Assembly (NCBI GenBank): GCA_964627825.1
Contig: CAZVLJ010000005.1
Location: 2,289 to 66,288 of the forward strand
Origin: an uncultured Rikenella sp.
Lineage (GTDB): Bacteria; Bacteroidota; Bacteroidia; Bacteroidales; VadinHA17
Direction: 5' to 3'
Length of the DNA stretch: 64,000 nt
Shown here: positions 53,101-63,048 of the stretch, one piece after another
Numbering within the stretch: position 1 is the first letter of the stretch
Layout of the letters: each line of letters opens with the position of its first letter
Made by a program: the position numbers and the translations under genes
The notes under the pieces: generated by a model
Databases searched by the model: none
Told to the model about the DNA's origin: nothing
The model's input: only the letters and a program-made list of their open reading frames with translations

Positions 53101-55218
53101 ATGTTTACCGGGATGGGTGTACCGTGGAGATTCTTTCTCTCCCTTGCCTCTCTCTTGCTGATATCATGCAGTAATGCAGACGTCCCTTCCAGGGTTGAGA
53201 AGGGCGTGCTTGACCTGAGGCATCAGGAGCAGGGAGATGATTTCTCCGTCAGGATGAACGGAGAATGGGAATTCTGGTTCGGCACATTCATCTATGGCTC
53301 CCCCGGTGAGATCACTGACACCCTGGTACCTGACTGTTACGGCAGGGTGCCCGGATACTGGAGCGAATACACCGTTGCCGGTGAACCTCTGCCACAGTTC
53401 GGGTATGGCACATACAGGACACTGATACTGCTGCCCTCAGGCTACCGTGACCGGATGGGGTTTGACATGCCGGTATTCGACACCTCCTACGAGATAAGCG
53501 TCAACGGAGTCACCATGGCAAGGAACGGAACACCTGCAAGGAGCAGGGCAGAGTCTGTCGCCTCGTATGAACCCCTCTTCTTCAGCTACGTACCAAAAAG
53601 TGATACTCTGGAGATACTCATAAGAGTCTCCAACTACGAGCACCGCCGAGGCGGATTCTGGATGCCTATGAAAACAGGATCATTTAAAACCATCCAGACC
53701 AATTTCACAAACCAATGGTTCATCTCCATAGCGGTCTCCGGCATGCTCTTTGCCTCCTTCCTCTTCTTCCTTATCTTTTATCTTCTTGACCGCAGAGACA
53801 GGAAACTGCTTATGTTCTCATTGCTGGTGCTCTGCCTGGCACTTCGTCCCTTTCTCTCAGCCCCCTACCTCATCACTCTTATTGATATCAGGCACTGGCA
53901 CCTCATCATCAGGGGAGAATACCTCATACTGTTCTTCATGATCACTTCCGGTGCGTGGCTGGCATACCTGATCTATCCAACCCGTTGGTTCAGGAGATTT
54001 GCATTAGCTATTGACGTTGTCTTCCTTTTCGGTATCGCAGCCGTCATACTCCTTCCCATATATCATTTCTCCTATTCGGTCTGGATAATACAGGCATCAG
54101 CCGTGATAGTGCTGTTGTATGCCATCATTATGAGCATCAGGGGCGTTGCAGAGGGTAACAGGATTGATGTGCTTTACATTATAGCATTTATGACCATTGC
54201 TGTCGGCCTGGTTTCAGATATCATTCTCTCCAATGCTCTTGAAGAAAACCAGCGGCTTTACATTCTTTCTTTTACCATGCTGGCCTTTGTTTTTATTCAG
54301 GCAACGCTTCTGATACGGGACTGGGTAAGACGCGGACAGGAGAGGGAGAGACTGGCGGCACAGCTGGAAGAGCTCAACCGTGATCTTGAGAACAGGGTAA
54401 GGAGACGCACTGCAGAGTTGCAGGAGAGGAGTGACGAGCTGCGCAGCAGAAACGAACAAATTGCCCGCCAGAACAAGAAGCTCTCTGAAACCATAAACCT
54501 TAAAAACAAGATATTCTCCGTCATATCTCATGACCTCCGCAGCCCGGTGGTCAACATTCTCTATACTCTCTATATGCTTAAGGAGGAAGAGTTTCGTGAC
54601 AGAACAGAGCTTATGGCCGACGCATGTATCCAGTCATCACAGCAGCTGATTACACTGCTTGAGAACATGCTGGTCTGGGGAAGAGGGCAGGAAGACATGA
54701 TCCGTTACGCTCCTGCTGAACATGACCTGGCCGATCTGATCCTCACCAACATCAGCATACTCAAGGACGGAGCCGACAGAAAAGATATATCCCTCAATTT
54801 CACGCAGGTAGGGAAAGCCAAGGGATGGTTTGACAGGGACCTTATTGACATTGTCATCAGAAATCTTCTGTCAAATGCCATTAAATACACCAACCATGGC
54901 GGCAGGGTCACCATTGTTGTCAGGAAGAAGGAGGAGTTATCGGACTGGGTAACAATCAGTATCTGTGACAACGGTGTGGGTATCAGCCCGGAACGACAGA
55001 AAAGGCTGTTTAAGGAAAGTGAACTGGAATCTACTCCGGGTACCGACTCTGAGAAAGGTACCGGCATAGGTCTCAGGCTAGTCCATGAGCTGGTAACACT
55101 GAGCAAAGGCACAATCACCGTGGAGAGCACCCCCGGCAGCGGCAGCTGTTTCACAGTGATGCTGCCTGCCACGGGTCACACCAAAAAAGGCAGGACCAGG
55201 CTGCATCAGACCTCATAG
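53101..55218 (+). CDS. 7TMR-DISM-type sensor histidine kinase
   Basis: Signal/lipobox, an extracellular domain of about 200 aa, seven hydrophobic helices (WFISIAVSGMLF... to LYILSFTMLAFVFIQATLLI), a coiled coil, H-box SHDLRSPV, and N/G boxes (NAIKYT, DNGVGI, GTGIGL). ATG 53101; the track ORF 52858 is an upstream extension overlapping dcp. Confidence 0.8.
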   Translation: MFTGMGVPWRFFLSLASLLLISCSNADVPSRVEKGVLDLRHQEQGDDFSVRMNGEWEFWFGTFIYGSPGEITDTLVPDCYGRVPGYWSEYTVAGEPLPQFGYGTYRTLILLPSGYRDRMGFDMPVFDTSYEISVNGVTMARNGTPARSRAESVASYEPLFFSYVPKSDTLEILIRVSNYEHRRGGFWMPMKTGSFKTIQTNFTNQWFISIAVSGMLFASFLFFLIFYLLDRRDRKLLMFSLLVLCLALRPFLSAPYLITLIDIRHWHLIIRGEYLILFFMITSGAWLAYLIYPTRWFRRFALAIDVVFLFGIAAVILLPIYHFSYSVWIIQASAVIVLLYAIIMSIRGVAEGNRIDVLYIIAFMTIAVGLVSDIILSNALEENQRLYILSFTMLAFVFIQATLLIRDWVRRGQERERLAAQLEELNRDLENRVRRRTAELQERSDELRSRNEQIARQNKKLSETINLKNKIFSVISHDLRSPVVNILYTLYMLKEEEFRDRTELMADACIQSSQQLITLLENMLVWGRGQEDMIRYAPAEHDLADLILTNISILKDGADRKDISLNFTQVGKAKGWFDRDLIDIVIRNLLSNAIKYTNHGGRVTIVVRKKEELSDWVTISICDNGVGISPERQKRLFKESELESTPGTDSEKGTGIGLRLVHELVTLSKGTITVESTPGSGSCFTVMLPATGHTKKGRTRLHQTS

Positions 55219-55877
55219 AGCCGGGAGAGGCTTTTCATGTCAATAAGCCTGACCTCACGGCGGTCAACAGCAATCAGGCCATCATGTGCCATCTCCCCTA
55301 TTGCCCTGGCAAGTGAAGGCCGGGTTACACCAAAAAACTCCGCCAGCTCCTGCTGGGTGCGGTCAATAGTGACTCTACCCGTTGCTGCCCCGGGAAGAGC
55401 AGACAGATAATGAGCAAATTTGCCTTTGATTGTATGGAAGGAATGAAATCTGAGCCGGCCTGACAGAAACTGGGCTTTGTTGCAGATGAATGACAGGTAA
55501 TTGGACAAGAGACGCCTGTCACCGGCCATCAGTGTCAGATAATCATCCTTATTGATTATCAGCAACTCTGAATCAGTGTTGGCAATCACATTCACAGGGT
55601 ACTTTGCCCCGGCACCGAAAAGGACTGCAGAGGCAAGAGCATGCGGAGGATTGATATCCTCTATCTTCATAGTGCGTCCTGCCAGATCAGTCATCTCCCC
55701 TCTGACACTGCCTGACAACACAATCATCAATGAATGGATCTCGTCTCCTGACAGTGCTATCACGGCACCCGCCGGAAAGAACCTCACCCTGTAATTGGTC
55801 CCCTCCAGCAGTTTTTCTATCTCTGCATCACTCAATCCCCTGAAAAGAATGCTGCCATTCAGTACTGGAAACCGCAT
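55206..55877 (-). CDS. Crp/Fnr-family transcriptional regulator (HcpR-like by context)
   Basis: cNMP-binding-like beta-barrel, then the C-terminal HTH TQQELAEFFGVTRPSLARAIGEM. ATG 55877. Divergent from the ferredoxin-hcp operon. Confidence 0.75.
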   Translation of the reverse strand: MRFPVLNGSILFRGLSDAEIEKLLEGTNYRVRFFPAGAVIALSGDEIHSLMIVLSGSVRGEMTDLAGRTMKIEDINPPHALASAVLFGAGAKYPVNVIANTDSELLIINKDDYLTLMAGDRRLLSNYLSFICNKAQFLSGRLRFHSFHTIKGKFAHYLSALPGAATGRVTIDRTQQELAEFFGVTRPSLARAIGEMAHDGLIAVDRREVRLIDMKSLSRLYEV

Positions 55878-55910
55878 AGTTTTTTCTTTAAAAATAGAAA
55901 ATATTGTAAA

Positions 55911-55928
55911 TTGTAACAAATGATACAA
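55911..55928. promoter_or_regulatory. Crp/Fnr-type imperfect palindrome (candidate HcpR site)
   Basis: TTGTAAC-AAAT-GATACAA; 6 of 7 half-site positions are symmetric. It lies in the 102-bp divergent intergenic region, about 21 nt upstream of the -7-like box. Confidence 0.45.
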
Positions 55929-55948
55929 CGCATCGAGGTCAGAGCGGG

Positions 55949-55956
55949 TAACTTTG
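55949..55956 (+). promoter_or_regulatory. -7-like box TAACTTTG for the ferredoxin-hcp operon
   Basis: Matches TAnnTTTG, 24 nt upstream of ATG 55980. No TTTG at the -33 position, as expected if the promoter depends on an activator. Confidence 0.4.
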
Positions 55957-55979
55957 CAATTATAAAAAGGAACCTGAAG

Positions 55980-56891
55980 ATGGTAAGGGATATTATAAAG
56001 ATTGACGAGGAGAAGTGCAACGGTTGCGGCCTGTGTGTGCCAAACTGCCATGAAGGGGCACTCCAGGTCATTGACGGGAAAGTAAGGCTGGTGTCAGAGC
56101 TTATGTGTGACGGTCTGGGAGCCTGTATCGGATACTGTCCTGAAGGGGCAATCACGGTAGAGAGGCGTGAGGCAGAGCCTTATGACGAGATAGCAGTGAT
56201 AAGCGAGATGGTGAAGAAGGGGGCCAATACCGTTAAAGCGCATCTGAAGCACCTGAAGGATCATCATGAATATGGGTACCTGGAAGAGGGCACCACATGG
56301 CTTGAGGTCCACAGGGATGAGCTCCCGTTCAGGCTTGGTGATGTGCTTGCTGCTGTAAGCGGCAACGGTGGAGACGGACATGCTCCGCAGGCAGTTGCTG
56401 CTGCTCCTGTTGCTCACCATAACCATGGAGGCGGTTGCCCCGGCAGTGCGGAGAGGATAATTGCTCCGGCACCTGTCATTGCAGCCCCGTCATCTGTGGC
56501 AGATGCACCCTCGCACCTGACCCACTGGCCGGTACAGATGCACCTGGTCAACCCGGATTCGCCGGCTTACAGGGGTGCTGACCTGCTTCTGGCAGCCGAC
56601 TGTGTGGCATTCTCATTGGGCGCATTTCACAACCGCTTCCTTAAAGGGAAAGCCCTGGCAATAGCCTGCCCCAAACTTGATCATGGAACGGAATCATACA
56701 TAGATAAACTGACTGTCATGATAGACAAAGCCCGTATCAACACCATTACCGTTGTGATGATGGAGGTGCCCTGTTGCGGGGGACTGATACAGATGGTGCA
56801 CACAGCCCTGGCAAAGGCCTCGAGGAAAGTCCCGGTAAAGGCAATAATTGTCAGTATTGAAGGAAAAATACTGCAGGACGATTGGATATAA
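55980..56891 (+). CDS. 4Fe-4S dicluster ferredoxin-domain protein with an MvhD/FlpD-like C-terminal domain (hcp-associated)
   Basis: [15 protein letters not shown] and [15 protein letters not shown] motifs. C-terminal LLAADCVAF...ACPKLD...VPCCGG. ATG 55980 preferred. Confidence 0.65.
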   Translation: MVRDIIKIDEEKCNGCGLCVPNCHEGALQVIDGKVRLVSELMCDGLGACIGYCPEGAITVERREAEPYDEIAVISEMVKKGANTVKAHLKHLKDHHEYGYLEEGTTWLEVHRDELPFRLGDVLAAVSGNGGDGHAPQAVAAAPVAHHNHGGGCPGSAERIIAPAPVIAAPSSVADAPSHLTHWPVQMHLVNPDSPAYRGADLLLAADCVAFSLGAFHNRFLKGKALAIACPKLDHGTESYIDKLTVMIDKARINTITVVMMEVPCCGGLIQMVHTALAKASRKVPVKAIIVSIEGKILQDDWI

Positions 56892-56935
56892 TAAACAGAA
56901 AACAGAATAATACAAACCTCAAACAAAAACAAGAA

Positions 56936-58582
56936 ATGAGTATGTTTTGTTACCAGTGCCAGGAAACGGCAAAAGGAACCGGATGCGTCGTAAGAGGCGT
57001 ATGCGGTAAGACAGATGATGTTGCCCAAATGCAGGACATGCTGATATGGATTGCCAAGGGGATCTCCATCCTTGGAACCACAGCACGTCAGAACCACTAT
57101 TCCAATGCAAAGGTTGACCGCTTTGTGCAGGAAGCTCTCTTCACAACAATCACCAATGCCAACTTTGACAATGCGAAAATCATTGAGAGAATTCATGAAG
57201 GAATTGCCCTCAGGGACAAGTTGGCAGGTGAGATGAAAGCCAAAGGCATAGCCATGCCGGAGAACATGCATGAGAGTGTTACATGGAAGCCTGCAGACGA
57301 GGCTGACCTGGTTGCAAAGGCGGCTACCATAGGTGTTCTCACAACAGAGAATGAAGATGTAAGGTCACTCCGCGAACTGACCATCTACGGTGTAAAGGGG
57401 ATGGCAGCCTATGCTGAGCATGCAGGTAACCTCGGATACAACAGTGACAGCGTGGATGCATTCATCCAGAAGGCTCTTGCAGCCACAACAGACGACTCAT
57501 TGTCGGCTGATGAGCTGGTAGCCCTTGTCCTTGAGACAGGCAAGCATGGCGTGGAAGTAATGGCCCTGCTTGACAAGGCAAACACCACAACCTACGGCAA
57601 TCCGGAGATTACCGAGGTTAACATCGGCGTAAGGACCAATCCTGCTATCCTGATCAGCGGCCATGACATGAAGGATATGGAAGAACTGCTGCGCCAGACT
57701 GAGGACACAGGTGTTGATGTATACACTCACAGTGAGATGCTGCCTGCCAACTACTATCCCGCATTCAAGAAGTACAGCCACTTTGTTGGCAACTATGGCA
57801 ACTCATGGTGGAAGCAGACCACCGAGTTCGAGACCTTCAACGGTCCGGTCCTTTTTACAACCAACTGTATTGTACCCTTGCGCGACAGCTACCGTGACCG
57901 TGTTTATACAACCGGTTCATCAGGCTATCCCGGATGCCCTCATATTCCTGACAGGGAGCCCGGCAGGGAGAAGGATTTCTCGGCAATCATTGAGCATGCC
58001 AAAAGGTGCAAGCCCCCGATAGCCATTGAAGAGGGAAGCATCATCGGAGGCTTTGCACACAACCAGGTTGTTCAGCTTGCCGATAAAGTTGTTGAGGCTG
58101 TGAAGAGCGGTGCAATACGCAAGTTCTTTGTGATGGGCGGATGTGACGGACGCATGAAGAGCCGCGAATACTACACCGAGTTTGCACAGAAACTTCCGAA
58201 AGACACAGTTATACTGACAGCAGGCTGTGCCAAGTACCGCTACAACAAGCTCAAGCTCGGAGACATCAACGGTATCCCGCGCGTACTTGATGCAGGTCAG
58301 TGCAATGACTCCTACTCACTGGCTGTGATAGCTCTGACCCTCAAGGATATATTCGGCAAGAATGATATCAACGAACTCCCGATAGCATACAACATCGCCT
58401 GGTATGAGCAGAAGGCTGTAATCGTTCTCCTTGCTCTTCTGTACCTTGGTGTAAAGAACATTCACCTCGGACCGACAATCCCGGGATTCCTCTCACCCAA
58501 TGTTGTGAACGTGCTGGTGGAAAAGTTTGGAATTGCAGGCATTACATCAGTTGATGAGGATATGAAGCTTCTGCTCAACTAA
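56936..58582 (+). CDS. hcp: Hydroxylamine reductase / hybrid-cluster protein Hcp
   Basis: N-terminal [23 protein letters not shown] cluster motif, about 548 aa. Conserved GHDMKD, TNC and GGCDG stretches. Confidence 0.9.
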   Translation: MSMFCYQCQETAKGTGCVVRGVCGKTDDVAQMQDMLIWIAKGISILGTTARQNHYSNAKVDRFVQEALFTTITNANFDNAKIIERIHEGIALRDKLAGEMKAKGIAMPENMHESVTWKPADEADLVAKAATIGVLTTENEDVRSLRELTIYGVKGMAAYAEHAGNLGYNSDSVDAFIQKALAATTDDSLSADELVALVLETGKHGVEVMALLDKANTTTYGNPEITEVNIGVRTNPAILISGHDMKDMEELLRQTEDTGVDVYTHSEMLPANYYPAFKKYSHFVGNYGNSWWKQTTEFETFNGPVLFTTNCIVPLRDSYRDRVYTTGSSGYPGCPHIPDREPGREKDFSAIIEHAKRCKPPIAIEEGSIIGGFAHNQVVQLADKVVEAVKSGAIRKFFVMGGCDGRMKSREYYTEFAQKLPKDTVILTAGCAKYRYNKLKLGDINGIPRVLDAGQCNDSYSLAVIALTLKDIFGKNDINELPIAYNIAWYEQKAVIVLLALLYLGVKNIHLGPTIPGFLSPNVVNVLVEKFGIAGITSVDEDMKLLLN

Positions 58583-58643
58583 AAACCTGCTCCCGCTGCC
58601 AAAACATGCAGTAAGGGCAGAACAGGTAAAAGCATGCCTGAAA

Positions 58644-58676
58644 GATCGCCTCCGGTTATGGGGGCGGTCTTTTTTT
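58644..58676 (+). terminator. Rho-independent terminator after hcp
   Basis: GATCGCCTCC-ggttat-GGGGGCGGTC (10-bp stem including G-U pairs) followed by TTTTTTT. Confidence 0.8.
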
Positions 58677-58800
58677 ATAGCCGGGCATCTGCCTGAGATG
58701 ATATTTATGCACGCTATGACCTTCTTTGTGCAGAATTATCTAAATTAGCATTATAAGATCTTAGATACGCGGGTTCTTTCATTCTCAAAACAGTGAAGTC

Positions 58801-61800
58801 ATGGGTGCAGTTGACGGATTATCCGGAGCTGGTATTTTTATAGGTTTTGATATAGGCTCAGTATCTCTGAACAGTGTTGTGATGGATGATCATTACAATG
58901 TACTGGAAGACTACTATGATTATGTCTATGGCAAGCCTTTCAACAGGCTGCATGAACGGCTCTCCTTACTTCTGAATGATCATCCTGCGGATACCATCGA
59001 AGGAATTGCACTGACAGGCACGGGAGGCAAACTGGCGGCCGGACTGATCGGGGGCATCTTCGTAAACGAGATCATCTCGCAGGCTGCCTCCACCGGGCGG
59101 TTATATCCTGATTCCCGCACCGTGATAGAGATCGGGGGTGAGGACTCGAAACTTATTGTTCTTGAGAGAGAGCCGGGAGATGAGTGTGCCAGGCTGGTCG
59201 ACTTTGAGATGAACAGCATCTGTGCCGCAGGCACAGGGTCATTCCTTGACCAGCAGGCCAGGAGGATCGGTGTGCCGATAGAGAAGGAATTCGGAAAAAT
59301 GGCTATGAAGTCGGTCAATCCGCCGCGCATAGCCGGACGCTGCAGTGTCTTCGCCAAGAGTGACATGATACACCACCAGCAGATAGCCACACCGCTTCAT
59401 GATATTGTAGCAGGGCTTTGCTTCGCCCTGGCAAGGAACTTTCGCAGTACCGTGGCGCGTAGCAAGGAGATAAAAAAGCCTGTCGTCTTCTCCGGCGGGG
59501 TTGCGGCAAACGCAGGCATGGTAAGAGCCTTCCGGGAGGTGCTCGGACTGACGGGTGATGAGCTGATAATTCCTGCGCACCATGCATCCATGGGTGCCAT
59601 CGGAGCGGTCATGTATGTACGGTCCACCGGGTTGAATCAGGGTGAATTCTCCGGATTGAGGAAGCTAGAGGAATATCTGCAGAACAACACCACCACGTTT
59701 GTCAGCCTCCCGCAGCTTAAGGAGTCCGAGGCCCTGTACAGCAAGGAGGTCAGATTCATGAAGAACGGCCTTGAAAAGCTACCCGTCTACCTTGGCATAG
59801 ATGTGGGATCACTCAGCACCAACGTAGTGCTTATCGATGCAGAGCATAATGTGGTTGCAAGACGCTATCTCCCCACTGCCGGCAAGCCCCTGGAGGCTAT
59901 AAAGAAAGGCATGAGAGAGATCTATGACGAAGTAGGGGAAGAGGTGGAGGTGATTGGTGCAGGCACTACCGGCTCAGGCCGATATCTCACCGGCGACTTC
60001 ATCGGTGCCGACACCATCCGCAATGAGATCACGGCACAGGCCACAGCCGCTATCGACTATGACCCCACAGTTGATACTATCTTCGAGATCGGAGGCCAGG
60101 ATTCAAAGTACATCAGCATAGAGAACGGGGTGGTGGTTGACTTCGAGATGAACAAGGTCTGTGCTGCCGGCACCGGCTCATTTCTGGAAGAACAGGCCGA
60201 AAAGCTTAACATAAACATAGTGGGTGAGTTCGGAAACATGGCCCTGAAGTCAAATTCGCCGGTAAAATTGGGTGACCGCTGTACTGTTTTTATGGAATCG
60301 GACCTGAACAGCTTCATGCAGAAGGGCGCCCGCAATGACAACCTGGTGGGTGGTCTGGCCTACTCCATAGTATACAACTACCTTCAGAAGGTGGTTGCTG
60401 ACCGCAGGATAGGCGACAAGATCTTTTTCCAGGGAGGGGTGACCAACAACAAGGCTGTGGTTGCAGCCTTTGAGCAGGTGCTGGGGAAAAAGATCATTAT
60501 CCCGCCCCATTTTGATGTAACGGGTGCCATCGGCGCTGCCATACTGGCGCAGAAAACGATGACCGAAGGGCAGAAGACTACCTTCAAGGGCTTCGGCATT
60601 CGCAATGCCACATATGAGATCACCAGGTTTGTCTGCAACGGCTGCACAAACCACTGTGAGATCAGCAGGGTGAAAATTGCCGGTGAGAGCAAATCACTCT
60701 GCTACGGCGGCCGCTGTGAAAAATATGAGATAGACTCCAGAAAGAAAAAGACGGACCATTTGCCCAACCTGTTTAAAAAGAGAACGGAGATGCTTATGGG
60801 CAACTACCGGGAGAGGGAGGCCGACGGCAAGCCTACGGTTGGTATCCCCCGGGCACTGATGATATATTATCAGCAGTTCCCCTTCTGGAGGACCTTCTTT
60901 GAGGAGGTTGGCTTCAACGTTATCCTATCACGGGAGTCGGACAAGAGTCTTGTGACACGTTCCCTGGAGACCGTCACGGCGGAGACCTGCCTTCCCGTGG
61001 AGCTGATGCACGGCCATATTGTGGACCTGACAGACAGGGGTGCTGACTATATATTCATGCCCTTCATCGTCAGCGGCAAATACCGCGAGGGAGACACCAC
61101 CACCAACTCCAACTGTCCGTGGATACAGTCGTTCCCCTTCATGGTCCGCGCAGCCCTCAGGGGTAAGGTGGATGAGAAGAAGTTCCTCACTCCCACCCTC
61201 CACTTCAGGTACTTTGAACGGGCACTTGTTAAGGAGATGATCGCTTTCTTCGGTGAGAGATTCAATCTTGACGCCGGAAAGATAAAGAAGGCGATATGCA
61301 AGGCTGACAGCGTTCAGGTGTCCTTTGAGAAGGGCCTGGTGGAATTCGGCAAAACGGTGATGGATAATATTCCTGAGGGTTGCCGACCGGTCATCATCCT
61401 TGGCAGACCATACAACAGTTCTGACCCTCATCTGAACCTTAACCTGACGGAGAAGCTGCTGGCACAGAACGTCATGCCCATACCCCTTGACATGCTTGAT
61501 CTTTCACCGGCTCATATCTACTACAACTACAGGAACATGTACTGGCCCAACGGGCAGAAGATGATTGCCGGCGCCCAGCATGTGGCAAAGACCGATGGGC
61601 TTTATGCAGTCTATATCAGCAACTTCAGGTGCGGTCCCGACTCCTTCATATGGCATTATGTCACCGAGGAGCTCAAGGGTAAGCCGTTCCTCCACCTGGA
61701 GGTGGATGAGCACTCTGCCGATGCCGGCATGGTAACGCGCATCGAGGCTTTCCTTGACAGCCTGAAGGGATCAGAACAGAATGAGAAGAGAGAGATTGAA

Positions 61801-63048
61801 GTTATCAGGCCGCGGCCCAGTCCAGCCGAGCCACCGGTGAACAGGACGCTCTACTTCCCCTATATGCATGACGGCGCCTATTTTGTTGCTGCGGCAGCAC
61901 GCAGTGTAGGCATCCCCTCGGAGGTGCTGCCCAAACAGACCGATGAGGATATTGCACTGGGGAGAAAATACACCTCCTCCAAGGAGTGCTTCCCTATGAT
62001 ATGCACCACCGGCAGTTTTCTCAAAAAACTGATGGAACCCGGCGCTGATCCGTCAAGGATGAGTTTCTTCATGCCCGACCATAACGGTCCCTGCCGCTTC
62101 GGGCAATACAACCAGTTCCAGAGGATACTCTTTGACCGGCTCGGATTCAGGGAAGCAGAGCTGGTAACACCCTCCAATGACACATCATATGCAGACCTTG
62201 CCGGTGACCGCAGCCAGCGGTTCCGTATCAATGCCTGGAAGGGATTTGTGGCCTTTGACTATATCAGGAAGCTCTACAGGGAGACAAGGCCCTACGAGCT
62301 CAACCCGGGAGACACTGAAGCGGTATACCAGGATGCCCTGAAGAAGGCAGAGGCTTCCATAGAGAATAACTGCAGGGGATTGCGAAGGGTACTTGTGGAG
62401 ACGGCCCATGAGTTCATGGCCGTGAAGGCTGACAGGAGCCGGAGGAAGCCTGTCATTGCGGTGATAGGCGAGGTCTACATGCGTGATAATGCCGGGTGCA
62501 ACGGTAACATTGCCAACAGGCTGGAGGCGCTGGGTGCTGAGGTGACCATCGGCCCCTTTTCTGAGTGGATAACCTATTCAACACATCGCTATACCCGTGA
62601 CAGCAGGTGGAAGAATGACACCAGGGGAGTGATCAGATCGAAGATACAGTCCGTTGGCCAGGAGGTGATCGTCGATTACCTGCTCAGGGGGATCAACAAA
62701 TATACTGACACCACAAAGGATGTCTCCCTTCATGAGATGCTTGAACTGAGCAACAGGTATGTCAGCGAATTCTATGACGGTGACCCGCCGATAGCTATGG
62801 GCACCTCGGCAGCACTGGCAAAACGGGGGGTGTCAGGCATAGCCGCCATCCTCCCCTTCACCTGTATGCCCGGGACACTGGTGGCATCGGTGAGTGACTC
62901 ATTCAGGAAGGACCACAACAACATACCATTCCTGAATATCCCCTATGACGGACAGGATACCGTCTCACTGGAGACCAGGCTGCAGGCGTTCGTCTTCCAG
63001 GTCAGGGAGTATGCTGCGGCTCACCAACCAGTGTCAACTCTTCAATGA
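58801..63048 (+). CDS. Giant acyl-CoA dehydratase activase-related fusion (2x BcrAD/BadFG ATPase + 2x DUF2229-like domains)
   Basis: Two actin-fold ATPase copies, each with DIGS.S, EIGG(E/Q)DSK, EMN..CAAGTGSF and (R)C(S/T)VF motifs, then a Cys-rich linker CNGCTNHCEISR...CYGGRCEKYE. The C-terminal ~750 aa resembles the uncharacterised CoA-enzyme-activase domain, by recall. Confidence 0.7.
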   Translation: MGAVDGLSGAGIFIGFDIGSVSLNSVVMDDHYNVLEDYYDYVYGKPFNRLHERLSLLLNDHPADTIEGIALTGTGGKLAAGLIGGIFVNEIISQAASTGRLYPDSRTVIEIGGEDSKLIVLEREPGDECARLVDFEMNSICAAGTGSFLDQQARRIGVPIEKEFGKMAMKSVNPPRIAGRCSVFAKSDMIHHQQIATPLHDIVAGLCFALARNFRSTVARSKEIKKPVVFSGGVAANAGMVRAFREVLGLTGDELIIPAHHASMGAIGAVMYVRSTGLNQGEFSGLRKLEEYLQNNTTTFVSLPQLKESEALYSKEVRFMKNGLEKLPVYLGIDVGSLSTNVVLIDAEHNVVARRYLPTAGKPLEAIKKGMREIYDEVGEEVEVIGAGTTGSGRYLTGDFIGADTIRNEITAQATAAIDYDPTVDTIFEIGGQDSKYISIENGVVVDFEMNKVCAAGTGSFLEEQAEKLNINIVGEFGNMALKSNSPVKLGDRCTVFMESDLNSFMQKGARNDNLVGGLAYSIVYNYLQKVVADRRIGDKIFFQGGVTNNKAVVAAFEQVLGKKIIIPPHFDVTGAIGAAILAQKTMTEGQKTTFKGFGIRNATYEITRFVCNGCTNHCEISRVKIAGESKSLCYGGRCEKYEIDSRKKKTDHLPNLFKKRTEMLMGNYREREADGKPTVGIPRALMIYYQQFPFWRTFFEEVGFNVILSRESDKSLVTRSLETVTAETCLPVELMHGHIVDLTDRGADYIFMPFIVSGKYREGDTTTNSNCPWIQSFPFMVRAALRGKVDEKKFLTPTLHFRYFERALVKEMIAFFGERFNLDAGKIKKAICKADSVQVSFEKGLVEFGKTVMDNIPEGCRPVIILGRPYNSSDPHLNLNLTEKLLAQNVMPIPLDMLDLSPAHIYYNYRNMYWPNGQKMIAGAQHVAKTDGLYAVYISNFRCGPDSFIWHYVTEELKGKPFLHLEVDEHSADAGMVTRIEAFLDSLKGSEQNEKREIEVIRPRPSPAEPPVNRTLYFPYMHDGAYFVAAAARSVGIPSEVLPKQTDEDIALGRKYTSSKECFPMICTTGSFLKKLMEPGADPSRMSFFMPDHNGPCRFGQYNQFQRILFDRLGFREAELVTPSNDTSYADLAGDRSQRFRINAWKGFVAFDYIRKLYRETRPYELNPGDTEAVYQDALKKAEASIENNCRGLRRVLVETAHEFMAVKADRSRRKPVIAVIGEVYMRDNAGCNGNIANRLEALGAEVTIGPFSEWITYSTHRYTRDSRWKNDTRGVIRSKIQSVGQEVIVDYLLRGINKYTDTTKDVSLHEMLELSNRYVSEFYDGDPPIAMGTSAALAKRGVSGIAAILPFTCMPGTLVASVSDSFRKDHNNIPFLNIPYDGQDTVSLETRLQAFVFQVREYAAAHQPVSTLQ

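Noticed and set aside
56681-57271. 196-aa minus-strand ORF spanning the ferredoxin/hcp junction
   Set aside because: Antisense to two well-supported genes. No motifs, and no promoter-like element.
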